64,000 nucleotides of DNA from Iphione sp. A-MEVVRFRX5 (taxonomy: Eukaryota): contig OZ320316.1 in the NCBI GenBank assembly GCA_976226885.1, positions 79,484,001 through 79,548,000 on the forward strand, written 5' to 3'. The notes below the pieces were generated by a model, which was given only the letters and a program-made list of their open reading frames with translations, did not search any database and was not told the DNA's origin. The translations under genes were made by a program, and so were the position numbers. Of the stretch, positions 42,797 through 55,847 are shown piece after piece (position 1 is the first letter of the stretch; every line of letters starts with the position of its first letter).

Positions 42797-45700
42797 TTTC
42801 ATTGGCCTCCTTCAGTCTTGTAGACAATGGATTTGCACATTTTTTGTGTAGCTGTACAGGCCTATTTTGGATAAGCATGTCCTGCTGCACATCCCACTGG
42901 TATGCTGGGGTATTAGATTATGGTTTCGCTCTTTTTTCCTTTTTACTGCTTGTTGTTTTAAGTTAAATCCCAGTGTCAAAGCTCTTTTGTGCAAAGAAGA
43001 TCTCCACTTGGTACAGTCTTTTGCCAGGTCTTGCCAAGTTTAGGGATTCAAGTTGAAAGCCCTTAGGTCATTCTTCATTAGGTCTTTGAGCAAAGCTTAG
43101 GCCAGCCTACTAGTCTGTTTTCTGAGGTTATTTCACCATACAGAATGATCTTTGGAATTCAGTGGTCATCCGTTCTCTGGATGTGTCCAAGCCATCAAAG
43201 TCTGCACCTCTTCAGAATGGTATACATACTGGTCAACTTTTTTCTTGTGCAAACTTCCTGGTTTGTGATCTTGTTGCTTCAGGAAATGCTGAGTATCTTT
43301 CTTAAGCAGCACATATGGAAGGTGTTTAGTTTTTGTTCCTGCTAAGAGTAAGTTGTCCAAGTTTCACTACCATAGAGGAGTGAGCTCAGGATGTAGGCAT
43401 TGCACCCTCTGATTTTAGTGTGCATGTGGAGCTTTGAGTTTTCCCATGCTCTGGCTTTGAGTCTTGCTAGGGTACCTGCTGCTTTACCTATCCATCTGTT
43501 TATTTTGTTGTAAAGGGAGAGGTTGTCAGTAATTGTTGACCTCAGGTATATAAAGTCATGCACAACATCTAGTGTGTGGTAGTCGACCTTAATTTCTGGG
43601 CTTGGGATGTTCATTGTGCTCAGAATGTTGGTCTTTTTCAAGTTGATAGTAAGCCCAAAGGCTTTGCTTGCTCTGCTGAAGTCATTAAGGAGTTTTTGTA
43701 GTTCTTTCTCTGTGTGGGTACCAAGGGCAGCATCATCTGCAAACAGCATGTCTCTCACTAGGACTCTCAATATCTTGGTCTTGGCCTTTAGTCGACTGAG
43801 GTTGAACAGGCTTCTGTCTGATCTTGTGTGGAGGTAAACACCTTCTGTTAAATTGGTAAAGGCATATTGGAGTAGAAGACAGAAGAATATGCCAAAGAGT
43901 GTTGGGGCAAGGACATAGCCTTGTTTTGCTCTGCTATTAATTGGAAAGGGGTCAGAGGTGGAGCAGTCATATTGCACATGTTGGTGTGAAAGGACTTAGT
44001 GATGTTGAGTAGCTTTTGGTAGGCATCCTATTCTCTGAAGTATTTTGAAGAGTCCCTTCCTGTTGACTAGATCAAGGGCCTTTCTCAGATCTATGCAGGC
44101 TGTGCAGAGTAGCTTTTGTTGTTTCCTGCATTTTTCTTGCAGTTGCCTGATAGAGAATACCATGTCAACAGTAGATCTTCCTAATCAGAAACAACATTGA
44201 GACTCTAGGTAAAGACTCTGGGTCTCTCTGCTAGCTTTTGGAGTCTGGATAGCACAACTTTTGCTAACAATTTTTCTGGTGATATTAAGAAGAGAAATGA
44301 CACAGTAGTTGTTGCAGTCACTATGATCATCCTTTTTTTTGTAAAATGTGATGATGTTGGCATCACACATGTCTTGTGGTACCTCTCCATTCTTCCAGCA
44401 TTGGCAGAGAAGTTTTTACAGTGGTGCTAGCAGAGTGGTACATTTTGGCACATTTAAAGATTTCTGATAGTATGCTATCCTGTCCTGGTGATTTGCCTGT
44501 TTTTAAGTTGTCAATTGCTTTTGAGAGATCCTCTTTTGTTGGTAGACCATGAAGTTCTGCATTGTAGGGAGTTCAGTAATTGAATGGAGTGCATGTTCAG
44601 CTATTTGGTTCTTGCATTGGTACAGGTAAGAATATTGTTCCATGCAGTGGTTTAGTTGATTTTATTTATCATATATTGTCTCCCCAGTAAGTGTTTTTAA
44701 GGGGGCAGTTTTTGCTTTTCTTGGTCTTGAGAGAGTTTTTTTCCCATGCTATTGTACATATTGTGAATGTTTCCTGTGTTAGCTACTGTTTGGATGCTTT
44801 GGCATAGTTCCAACCAATAATTATTTGCACATTGTCTTGGTGTTTGCTTGAATTGTTGCTGGTATTTCCTAGTAGTGCTTTGACTATGTCATTTCTGCTT
44901 TTCTTTACTTCTAAGAGTGGTTTCATAGTTTCCAAGTAGGCTTTGAACCAGTCATTTGTGGCTCTGGGATTCTTTCCAAAGAGGACAAGGCAGTTTGATG
45001 TATGTTGTCTCTTAGCCTGTACTAGTAAGATGGGTTGTCACCATCTGGCAAGTTATGGATAGCTTGGCTGAGACTGAGTGGTTAAGAAGGTGTTGATGCA
45101 GCTTTTCCTTTTAGGCTTAGCAAGGTGTAGCTTTTCAGGTTTTAACTTCACTTTTGAGCAGACTAAGGAATGGTCTGTATCACAATTTGCATGGTGATAA
45201 GTATGTGTGATGAGGATGCTTCGCAGATTAGATCATCTGGTGATGATTAGGTCCAGCTGATGCCAGTGCTTGGAATGAGGATGTCTCCATGACACCTGGT
45301 AGGAGGCTTTGATGTTAAGAATGTGTTGGTGATGCATATGTTGTGAAAGGTTCTGAGGTGTTGACAATTTTCGTTTATCTTTCCCACTCCAAAGTGCCCT
45401 AGTCAGTTGGGCCATGAGGTGTTTTCTGACCCTACTCTGACATTGAAGTCACCTAATATATAGAGGTGTTCCTTTTCAGGGATACTCCTGGTGGTGGTGT
45501 TCAGCTTATCATGGAAGTAATCCTTTATGTCAGATGTTGCACTGAGAATGGGAGCATATACACTGATGGGATGCATTGTTCCAGTTTGGCTGTTTAGGTA
45601 GAGACCCATAATTCTTTCAGTGGCATTGGGTCTGAGTTGGATGTATTGCAGGAGGCCAAGCTGACACTATATTCACTTGTTTCTTTCTGTGATTTTCCTT

Positions 45701-46500
45701 GCCAGAAGGTATAGTCTTTTTCTTTTAAGTTGCCAGAGCTTGCAAGGGATGTTTCTTGAAGTACGGCATTGTTGATATTAAGTCTGCATAGTTTGGCATT
45801 GATGATGGCAGTTTTTCTAGTGTCACTGATGTTTTCCAAGTCCTCTGTGAGACCAGTTGTTATCGTTCACACATTCCAGGTGGCTAGATTGAGGTAATAA
45901 TATTCCTTTTGTCTGCCTGGTTAGAGGATGCTTGTCAGCATTTCTCTTTGAGTTACATGCAGCCAGTGGAGCAGGTGAACTTTAGTGGGGCAGCACCTTA
46001 TTGGCTGAGGGCTGACCAGCTTTTGCAGGAGGTAGCTGTCCAATTGGGTACAATGACCCCTCTTACTGATGAAAACAGCCTATGGCACTCTGCCCTATGC
46101 CAATTGAGCTTTAGCTTATAACCAGTAACTGCTGTTCTCTGTGTTGTTTCCTTTGCTGTGAGACAAGGATGGAGTGTCCTCTCCAGTGTGCAATGCCTGG
46201 GCAGGTGTATGGAGATTTTGGGTTGCCCATGCAAGAGCATCCACTTTAGGCCTTGCAAATATAGTCCAGAGGGCTGCCATGCAGCTTGGCTGTAGGAGTG
46301 GCCAGGTTGCTAATGGAGTTCATCAGCAAGCTGCCTTTAGGTCTCCACTTGAAATTATCTGTCAGGGTTTACTCCCTTATCCTTTGCTCTGCCAGGGGCA
46401 TTCACAAGGTAGTGAAGCTATTTGCCCATAGCTGGGGGACTAGTCTTGTAGTGCCAGGGCATGTCCACATGCCAGTGGGCCTACACACTGCAAGTTTAGG
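42797..46500 (-). mobile_element. Near full-length, inactivated RTE-clade LINE (BovB/RTE-1-like), ~3.7 kb
   Basis: Minus-strand APE domain: LATWNV*TITTGL...ISDTRKTAIIN, LQETSLASSGNLKEKDYTF, GDFNVRVG, HSKHWHQLDLIIT. RT domain: DANIITFYKKK...DCNNY, RSTVDMVFSIRQLQEKC, KQGYVLAPTLFGIFF, DMLFADDAAL. C-terminal CSRTCLSKIGLYS is RTE-type. There is a ~0.55-kb 5' leader. The boundaries coincide with the edges of a CpG desert and are approximate (+/-30 bp). Confidence 0.93.
42830..45930 (-). pseudogene. Disrupted APE endonuclease-reverse transcriptase ORF of the RTE element
   Basis: Broken into several track ORFs (45594-45839, 45403-45609, 45233-45415, 44185-44370, 43342-43977, 43166-43360, 42812-42994) by frameshifts and stops, for example TGA at 45867-45869 in the conserved WNVRT motif. 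Confidence 0.9.
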
Positions 46501-46509
46501 AGCTGGTCC

Positions 46510-46905
46510 AATATTGGTCCAACATTGTGAACACCTCTACTGCGAGTATGTACGAAAAGAGTTTCTGGTACCAAGGTACTCAAATATGGAACACACTACC
46601 AATTGGGTGTAAGCAAAGTTTTTACTTTTCTAAGATAAAGAAGCATCTACTAAAGGTGCTGGACTAGAATGATGGGCACTTTACCCTGCCTTGCAACTTC
46701 AAACCCGTCTGGTTCATTTTAGCATAGATAAATGAGTTGGTTTTGCTCACTGATACTGTATGTGTGTGATTGTTATTTTCTCTGTTGGTTAGAAATTTCG
46801 AAGTTAAAAAGACACGTTAAGTAAGGCTTGTCTGCTTGTCCTAGCCTTCACTGGGAATTCTCGTAGATGAGATATGAAATAAAAACTTCTCTTATCTTAT
46901 CTATT
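46510..46905 (+). mobile_element. 3' end of the CR1/L2-group LINE: ORF2 C-terminus, 3' UTR and tail
   Basis: 46539-46667 translates to TASMYEKSFWYQGTQIWNTLPIGCKQSFYFSKIKKHLLKVLD*, matching the typical C-terminal pattern SF.Y.G..LWN.LP...FK..LK..LL of this group. A ~240-bp UTR follows, with AATAAA (46878-46883) and a CTTATCTTATCTAT tail (46891-46904). Confidence 0.8.
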
Positions 46906-49900
46906 TAAATCGTCTATATAATGCCCGTTTTTGTCCTGTAGATATATTTACTTTATTAACAGCATCATTGTAAACCGAACATAACAGTGTCATAAAAAGC
47001 TTTGAAAATAATGCATTTATGGAGCTCTAAAAAGAACCAATTTGCCGTAAATAATGCATGGAAAATGATTAACAGGAGAGAAGGATCTGTTCAATAAATC
47101 CGGAAATTGCCATAATTTAACGTCATAAAAGCTTTGCATACTTTCTCAAAGTACATCCCACCAAGCACTTCAAACGGCCTTTACTACACTGTTTATATGT
47201 GGTCTCAGAATACTGCTGTGGGCCTTCTCGTGATTCTGGTGATGGCACCTGAAAAAAAAGTCTTCCGGCTATGTTGAGGTTCATCCAGCATTGTGAATGG
47301 TGATGGCAGGCGGAAAACAGTCACAAGGGATGCATAAGTAGAATTGCGTTTATTTCGATCGGCGTGCCAGGGCAAGGGACCATACACAGGAAACATCTCC
47401 TTAGCTTTAATATGGCTGCTTAGGCATTCAGTTCAGGATAAAGTCTTGCTTGCCTGTGCTTCCTGTGAACTTTTACACTTATAACGGTACAGATCATTCG
47501 TTTTCCTGGACATTGCTCTGTATTCATCAGAAGTAAATGTACAGAGGGATCAACTAGTTTTTGTTATGCGCAGTCGCTTATTCCATCAAATATCAAAGGC
47601 AATGTATGTATTTTCACATGTTTTTGCATGGCTCTTTTTCTATTAATTTTGGACAAAAAAGTATTCATTAACAATAGCCCCCTTTTAGACACAATTACAC
47701 AGACGAAATCAGACAGACATGAATGGTACGGAAATAATAAAGCTCTTTCGCATCTTCGGAGCGAGTGGCTAGTCAGTCACAATTTCCGAATTAACGGCAT
47801 CGCGAGTGGGATTAAACAAAATGCCAATCGTGTCCCATCAACAGGAGAGAGGTGGTATCAGCGTTTCAGAGACTCTCGTCATTAATAAAATTTCAAAAAG
47901 GTGCATTTTAAGTACATTGAAGTTCAGATGTGTGCATTAATCTGCTATGTAGCTGTCATCAATTATGTTATTATCCACAAACCTTTTCAACATACTCACT
48001 ACAAATACCCAGGCTTGGTGGGACTCTCTTGAAAGATTGAGCGCTCTGTTCGTAATTAAATCATAGAGTAAGTTGAAATACCTTCGTGGATTCACCGTGT
48101 GATTGGTTCGTTCTCACGAGATCCTGCAGTGCGCTTATCAGACATTTGACAAGATGACAGCGAGAGTACGCTACATCCAACAGGGGATCAGTCATGTTTT
48201 TCCTCGTCGCCTTGTAAGGCTACGACTTTCCTTGCTTGATTCTGATACTCGCCGTCATCATCAACATAAGGAGGCCCGTGATAGGAGCTGTTTTCATAGT
48301 CCAACTAGTCCCCGTGGAGGAGAAGTGGCTCCAGTCTGTGACAGTTATGGCCTGTTTGGTGACAGGCGCCAGACTGATAAGAAATCGGGGATGCCATAAA
48401 GGCACAAAAGGGGAGGTAGTGGTAAGCTAGGGGGCTAAGATATGGAGGGCGGGGCCGGCTCCGAAAGACCTTGGGAAATTCTGACCAAGATAGCTGCGTG
48501 CACCTGCACATTACATCAACAGCGCAGACATTTTTACGCTGACTTCTTGTGGGTGATCCTCTTTAGCGAACACTGTCGAAATTTCATATCACGCCGTTAA
48601 CTAGTAGTTTTCAGTATAACTTCATTCCGTTCAAATTCATTATTTATACTGTACCGGTACTTATACTATATGCATTCACAATAAGAATGACTGAATGTTG
48701 CAGGTTTTGTTTTACCAGATTTTTGCCATGCTTGCTTGATGCCAGGCATTCCATACTTAACATATCATGATAATATATTAATATGTAAATCAAAGCATTA
48801 GTCTGGAAATTCATGATCGAATATTAAGAAAGACGATACATCAAGTAGGGTACTAGCATGCGGATCAGTTAAAGGTTGTACTCTTTATTGTAAAGGACAT
48901 AGCAGGAGCCACAGTTTAGTATTACCGAGATATTAAAATAAACATTGTCTTTGAATGACGTGTACTCTTCTTTATATTATGGTATTCCTAAACAAACAGT
49001 AAAAAGGAAGATCTCAAACATGATCCAGCAAGGACAATTATGTGGTGAAATGGCCTAAGGAGAGAATAGTACATTTTGAGATGAAACAGGACAACAGTAC
49101 CCTCGATATACATTGCAGGTTTTGCTCAATTGTGAATTGACGGATTGACTGGGCTGTCAAAAGACGTCTACAGTCCGTAACTAAACAACGGTTTGATATG
49201 ATGACGGCGACAGTAATAGTACTGTCAGTAGTGGTATAGGATAAGGAACTGCACACTTGGAGGCTGGACTATGCAAATGACCATACGTGTAGAAATCTGG
49301 TATCTATCCGGATACTCAAGTATTTGGAGAGCAAACGTTGCTATCAACTGATTAATATCCCTTTATTATAGATGGAAATGATGTCCCGCTGTAGTAATTA
49401 TCATTGTCGCACGTGTACAATGTATAGACTATTTGGACCAACCACGGTAAAGCCTCAGGTAAAAGTCAGACCAGGTAACTGTAAACTCCATTCCAAGATC
49501 TGTCCATTTTATGTGTGGCTTGTATTTTATTAGGAAACGTGTCAATAAAGTCTCATGCCTATACTTACTGATCACTAACAGATGTGGTTCTTTGTGTATG
49601 ATCCTGTATGAAGAATAGTTTCCACATAGTCATCCTCTCTAGTAAAGGTCTCTTGCCGCCGGTATAGACAGGGTAAAATTTCACTAATCCAGCCACAAAT
49701 GGTTCCATCCTCATTTGGCTGAAGTAATGAGGTGGCTGGATAAGTCATGTGAATTGTAAATGATTTTAGCCCATTGGATGGATTAGTGGAGTGACCTTAT
49801 GACAGAGGTGACCATATCCTGAGGCTTCACTTTACATAGATCTTCACCCAGTTCTGTGAAAAAATCACTATAAATCTCAGATGAACCAATAACGTTGTAG

Positions 49901-52900
49901 ATTCAAGAAGAAAAACAGAACACCGGCCTTAGCAAGTACTTCTGATAATTCCCTTGTGCTAGGTGTTGGAGCTGTTAAGACAATTTGACTTTCCGGCATA
50001 TGTGGGGCATAATTACCAGGGAGCATTGGGAGACAGCAGAGAGTGATATACGCATGTGTACATATGATACTAGTACAACTGAGTCTAGAGTAATGCCCCA
50101 TAATAAAGTTAATTTGAAAAGAATTGACTGTGACCGACTATAGATTTACTGAAAGATCTGGTGATAACGAAGATACAATTTTAGATCGATTTTATTCAGT
50201 ATAATCGATTATTCCCAACCATTACGAAAAATAGGTGAGATTCTAGTATGATGTAATTATCTGGTACGTTTCCCAATATCGTCCGCTGTACATATACATT
50301 TCTATAGGTACCAAATGTTCAGAATGTAATAAGGTAAATTAGGTGTAGTCCAAATTACTACACACTTAGGAAGTTAAATGGCAGCAGCATCTTAGTGAAC
50401 TTCTATTAAACGTCGAGATATTTAGAGAACGGCGTAATTATTTTTCATTAGAGGATTTCCCGTTTGGACATCTGAGAGGTCCTTTGTTTGTAGCTGACTT
50501 TACTTGGGCTGCACAACGTTAATTTTGCATTCTAATTTCACTAGGGAAATGACGCTTTCCTGTCTTTCTCGTTAGGCATTTTCTTTGTTCGCTGAACAAT
50601 ATTTTACTGCAGACGGTAGTAATTTTTCATGAGGATGAAGCAGGTGGACGGGACTCTAAGCTTCCCGAGAAACAGTCTGTTCTCCACAGCTGCACACACG
50701 AGTAGCTCTCAGTAACACAATTTTCCTCAAGCAGTCCTGCAGTCAAAAATCTTAATTAGACTCTAGATGACCGTCATTATCAGCCAGCTCCGTGCCTTTC
50801 ATATCAAAGGTGGTCCTATGCTTCAACCAAACCCGGAAATGGCATGATAAGCCCGACTCAATTAGAACCTGTTACAAGCCCGTGTCCCTAATTCGATTTG
50901 AAGGTATTATTATCTTAATGGAGGACTCTCCTCGGTCCTTTTCGCAGTCTACTTGTGTTCACATTTTGGTTCTCCTCTTAACGTCGCACTCGACGGAGAC
51001 GAAGAACATTTTCCCCGTAGAATATGAATTTTTTGTACCAAGTCGCCCATCTATGCCGTAGTCTTACCTTAGAAAGAACCTATGTTGTCGTTGGAAGGTG
51101 ACATTCTAGGGGCACGTTTGAATCCTGTGCCTCCTGTAATTGTACAGTGTCTGGTACGAGTTGCTTTCTGACGGGGTAACTAACGAAGGAGGTACAGGGA
51201 AGCTCTGGCCGCTGGAGGGTAGAGGAGCTTACGATGACACGCCCTACATCATGCATGTGATGAAGGAGTCGCGGCTTGCGTAGATACTGAATATTTTATG
51301 CTCGAACACCCCTGATGGATGGATACTAACTGATGTGATAATCACAGAATGAAGCAAGTTAAATCTCCATTGAGACGCAGTACATGTAGCTCTATGGATA
51401 GTTGTATCGTAGTTAGGACTTTCATTGGTAATCAAATGGGGGAGAATATTAGAGATGCGATGAAGAAACTCTTCGATTTTCAGCGTTCACACATTCTATT
51501 ATCTTGTGGCTGACATGGTTGTGTTCTATTTATAGTTACGAATATTATTCTCATAGATGTTTCGGGGTTGATCGTACTTTCGGCTTACATTTCCGTGAAA
51601 AGTCGCCCTCTTTACTGAATATTGCAACGTCGATATTGGAAAGAAAATGAACAACCTCGTCGAGGTTGCGAAATATTAAATTCACGATGATGCGACTTTC
51701 ATTAGTGAAGTGATTATGTTGAAATTTGAAATACAATCAAGCTCCATGTTCATCTCTCGTGGGAAACCAGTGATAGGGACCAACTTCTTTTAGGCGCTGT
51801 CCTATTCCACAACTATCGCAGTATGTGGAGCGGTACGGACGAGGTCCTCAGACAAATGCGGAGATGTAGTATTGAGGGAGATTTTCAAAAATTATTATTA
51901 AGACATGCAATTAAACCGAATATCTGATCATGTTTATCTCATAAGCCTTTAAAATGTTTATGTGTACTCATTTCATAAGCAGCGTTTAGACACATACGAC
52001 TCAATTCAATACATGGTACGTGTATTTTCTGAGAAGTATATTTATTCAAAGGGGAACAAAAAGCCTCCGTCCGTCCTCCGATAGGTGTAAATTTTTGCCT
52101 TGAGGTTCAAGTATAAGGGCATTGACGAGGAGCTTGGTGGAGTCGATGACAACATTATGGTATATTGCCCCGCAAATTGTTGATCGAGGCTGCGGGGATG
52201 GTGAGTTGTACAGGCTTGGCCCCCCGTACGCCACGAGTAAGTGGATCTCACATATTGCTCTTTACCCTAAGTAATTCCATCTGCCCACCGCCAGGCGCGC
52301 TCGAGCGACACACAAATCTCATGATCATGTTGTCCGAGTTGGCTCAGGGTGTTGGCTCTCGCTTCTAGGAGGCGAGCGCGCTGTGTGTTTGGACAGTGGC
52401 CTCGATCCATAGTCCGTCACAGTTAAGGCCAGCTCTTGTGGTCAAAGGATCGACTCTGAGCACTGCTATTGACTTGTGGCTTTCTTTATGGGATCATTTT
52501 CTTCAGTGATCTTAGCCGGTGGCGGAGAGGCGATGGGGTGTAGGCGACTGGAAGGTCAACGCACAGCGGTCGTTAGATGTGACCGAGACAATGCCAAAGT
52601 GGTGGGGGAATAGCGTTCTTACCGTCCACCTGAGGCAGGTTGATAAAAGGTCACAAGGTCAAAAGACCGATATGAATTCTGATGAAGCTGTGCCAATACC
52701 CATTGTTTTAAGTCGTATTTGTCAGCCATGTGAAACAGTTGTATCTGACAAAGTGAAGTGAAAAACTGAGCTTTTAGGTAACAGAAAGAAGGCGACACAC
52801 TAATATATATGAATATTATAATTATATATAAATAGAAAGAGAGACAGACAAGGCATACCGAGGGGTCTTCTTAACCCAAAAGTTGGGGAATACATGAGGT

Positions 52901-54763
52901 CATAAACAAGATAGAGTTTTTATGGGATTGTAGCACCCCGCGATTCTGTCGCGTCGTTGCAGTTTTAGTCCCGACGAGACAACGTCTCGTCTCAATCGAT
53001 TATATCAAATAAAGGAATTTTGTTTGCTTCTGCTGGTTTCGGATAATGATTTGCTATGGGTATGTTGCGTGCTGGGCTACTATTGAGCATTTGGAGACTC
53101 GGTACATTGGGGGCGCTTACCGGGAAAGGTCAGTAAAACACCCAAAGCGGGGATGGAGGGTGGCAACGCGACACAGGAACACAGATCAAGGGTCAATTTG
53201 AACAAAGCGCCCTGGGGTAAGTGCGAATGCAGTCACTGTAAGGAAAAGATCTAACCCCTCCATACATACATATACAATATTAATCATATTGCCGGGGCAC
53301 CACACCTTCTCATCTAATGTTTTCTTACATGATTGTGTTGAATCTTAGTATACATGCTGCCTAGAAATATTACGATTGTGTATTATATGTAGCACAGGAG
53401 CGGGCTCTGTAACCCTCTTTATGACTCCAGTAGAGACAGCTGCGACTGTGTGAACGGGAGTTTTTCTATGGACTTAATGCAGTTGGCTGGTACCACGGCA
53501 CTCAGCTATGAGCCGCCTGCTCAGAGTTGCAATCCGCTGGGAATCAGTGAAGTACCGATAACGAATTTGTGCGCCCACCACGCGCCATGCACGTATGGAA
53601 ACCGAGGTGGTCTTACGAACAGCTCTCAAATAGACGCCCTACACCTCCATATTGTGGTAAACGCAACACATTTAACTCTACTCCTTCTCAATGTCATTGA
53701 GATCTTTGTTTGTATGCCCGCCTTTCAACACGCGCAGCTTGGCGTCCCATATCTGATATTCGCCTTATGATGTAAAGAGTTTCCCTCAGACCTTTCAACT
53801 GGACGCACTACTGAATCATAGATTTATCGAGGAAACTTTTTTTCATGACTTCATGGACTAATAGGTTCGCCGAACTGCTCGATCATTTCTTGAGGGATGA
53901 TCCATTGAAGGATCCAATCTATGCTCTTGAAAATTAACTGATAAGTTTCATAAGCTGGCCTGATCACATCTTGTTTCGTCTACCATTCAACGAGATACAG
54001 GGGAAAAGGCGCATATACTGACCTCGTTTATAATTATTGTGGTCTGCTTGAATATCTCCTCTCATTTTATCAACACAGGTTATAGATTCAACGAAGGCTT
54101 TTTATTAAAATTTAAGTAAAGGATAATACGTCAGACCATTTATTTCCATTACTGCATGTAGTATGAGTCTGTGCAAGTCATTTCAACGTAAATCCCCCTA
54201 TTAGGAAGGTTTAAAAATACCATTAAATGTCTCTTCGCAATGTGGCAGATCGAAAGAACGCCTGACTGCACCAAACCATTGCTGCCTAAACAGTTGGCAA
54301 ATGCTCTGGCAACTGATCAAAGCTTGAAGTCAAATTGTTTGGATGGGATCTCTGCATCAAGACGAGACAGGACCGCGGACAATGTTCACTCATTGTACAA
54401 ACACGCTGGCGGACGCGAAGGTCACGTGCTGTAGATGGCGGTCTCGGGGAAGTGATTCGCAGACCGTTATTCACCACATATGACCCCATCTAGAAGCCAA
54501 ACAAAAAGGAAAAGACTAGTGAAGCGTCCCGTTTCCATGCTTTCCGTGTTCGTGTACCTTCCGGCTTGCTTTTTGTTAGCCAATTCATCAACCTTTTATC
54601 CTCTAAGCTATGCAATAGAATAGATTTCCCATTTGCTTTCAAAAATTCTGATCTGTAAAATCGTAATAGTACCTTTGTCCCCTTGGTGTTGAAAGGTCCT
54701 ACAATGTTTAGAGATAAAAGCAATGGTCTAAACTTATAGTCATGCAGACAGTGAGTAAAATTA

Positions 54764-55099
54764 GGCCTAAACAAAAAATACCAGTGTTTCCGGTAACCCG
54801 ACCGACCCTAATTTTGGTGTTAATGGAGATTTTTATTTTATTTTTGTTTTGTGAATATTTCAGCCATGAATAAAGGTAGAGACACATATGATACACCATT
54901 TTGTTTCTTGTGGCATTAGCTTTCATTTGATATAAGTTTAATTAATATCTAAGCTGTAGAAGATATATTACCAGATGTATTTGTTACTTGGAGTATGAAT
55001 TAACATTAGAAAAAAGACAAATAAAAAATATATACCACCGACCTACCGACTATACATATTTTCAGCTTGTTACTGGAAACACAGAACTTTTTTTAGGCC
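54764..55099. mobile_element. Kolobok-like MITE (336 bp)
   Basis: Both ends read GGCCTAAA-(A-rich)-GTGTTTCC(G/A)GTAAC as inverted repeats (54764-54797 vs 55069-55099). Subterminal CCGACC motifs lie near both ends. Flanks ATTA / TTAC are degenerate versions of TTAA. GG termini with TTAA targets are established for Kolobok; the superfamily call is an inference. Confidence 0.75.
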
Positions 55100-55847
55100 T
55101 TACAGAGAGTTGCATAACCGTGTTTGAGCAGGAAGTTGATTTTCACTTCATAATTATATAAGTGAAGGTGAATCTGAAAATGTTAGGTTATTTCTAGCAA
55201 AAATTATGGCATATTGCATTTATTGCTTGTCATGTTATTAACAGTTTCATTGGTTCTTATGTTTCAGGTGAGTACTTTTCTGTATTGCCTCGCGAGGACG
55301 CCTCAGTGCAGGTTTGAAACTTACCCATTGATCCCTCAGATATTTCCATTATTCGTATAATGTCTAGTCGTCCATACAGTAAACCGACATTCTCTGTCAG
55401 CTATACTGATTTAGGTCATTGATTTTGCTTTGCCTTTTCCCGGCCCCAAAGAGCTTGGTTGCAGAGCGTATCGTTTGAGTGGCAGCGTAGATATACTTGA
55501 AAATTCAGTAATGACCACCGATAGCTAATCCTCTGTCCAGTAATTGGACATGGGTTTCTGTAGTAGCCACATCACGGAGGGATTCTTTCCCTTGGGTTCA
55601 GATGACACTACGTGAACCTGATTTGGCTTTTAAACCTCCTGCTTATTTGGAATAAGGGTGTATCAATCGAGCCTAACAAGGAAAGCCGTGGGTTGTTCGT
55701 GTGAATCCCCCCTGCCTGCTGTTTAATACATAATCCAGTAACGTCGGGAAAGGCATGATTCTTTTATCTATAACTTGTATCCTATTTTCTATTTTTGTGG
55801 TGGTTTGCTTGGCTTCTCTGTCTCTCAAACTCTCTGATGTACATGTA

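Noticed and set aside
52962-52992. GACGAGAC-AAC-GTCTCGTC hairpin resembling a MITE subterminal motif
   Set aside because: An isolated 8-bp stem with no matching terminus or TSD.
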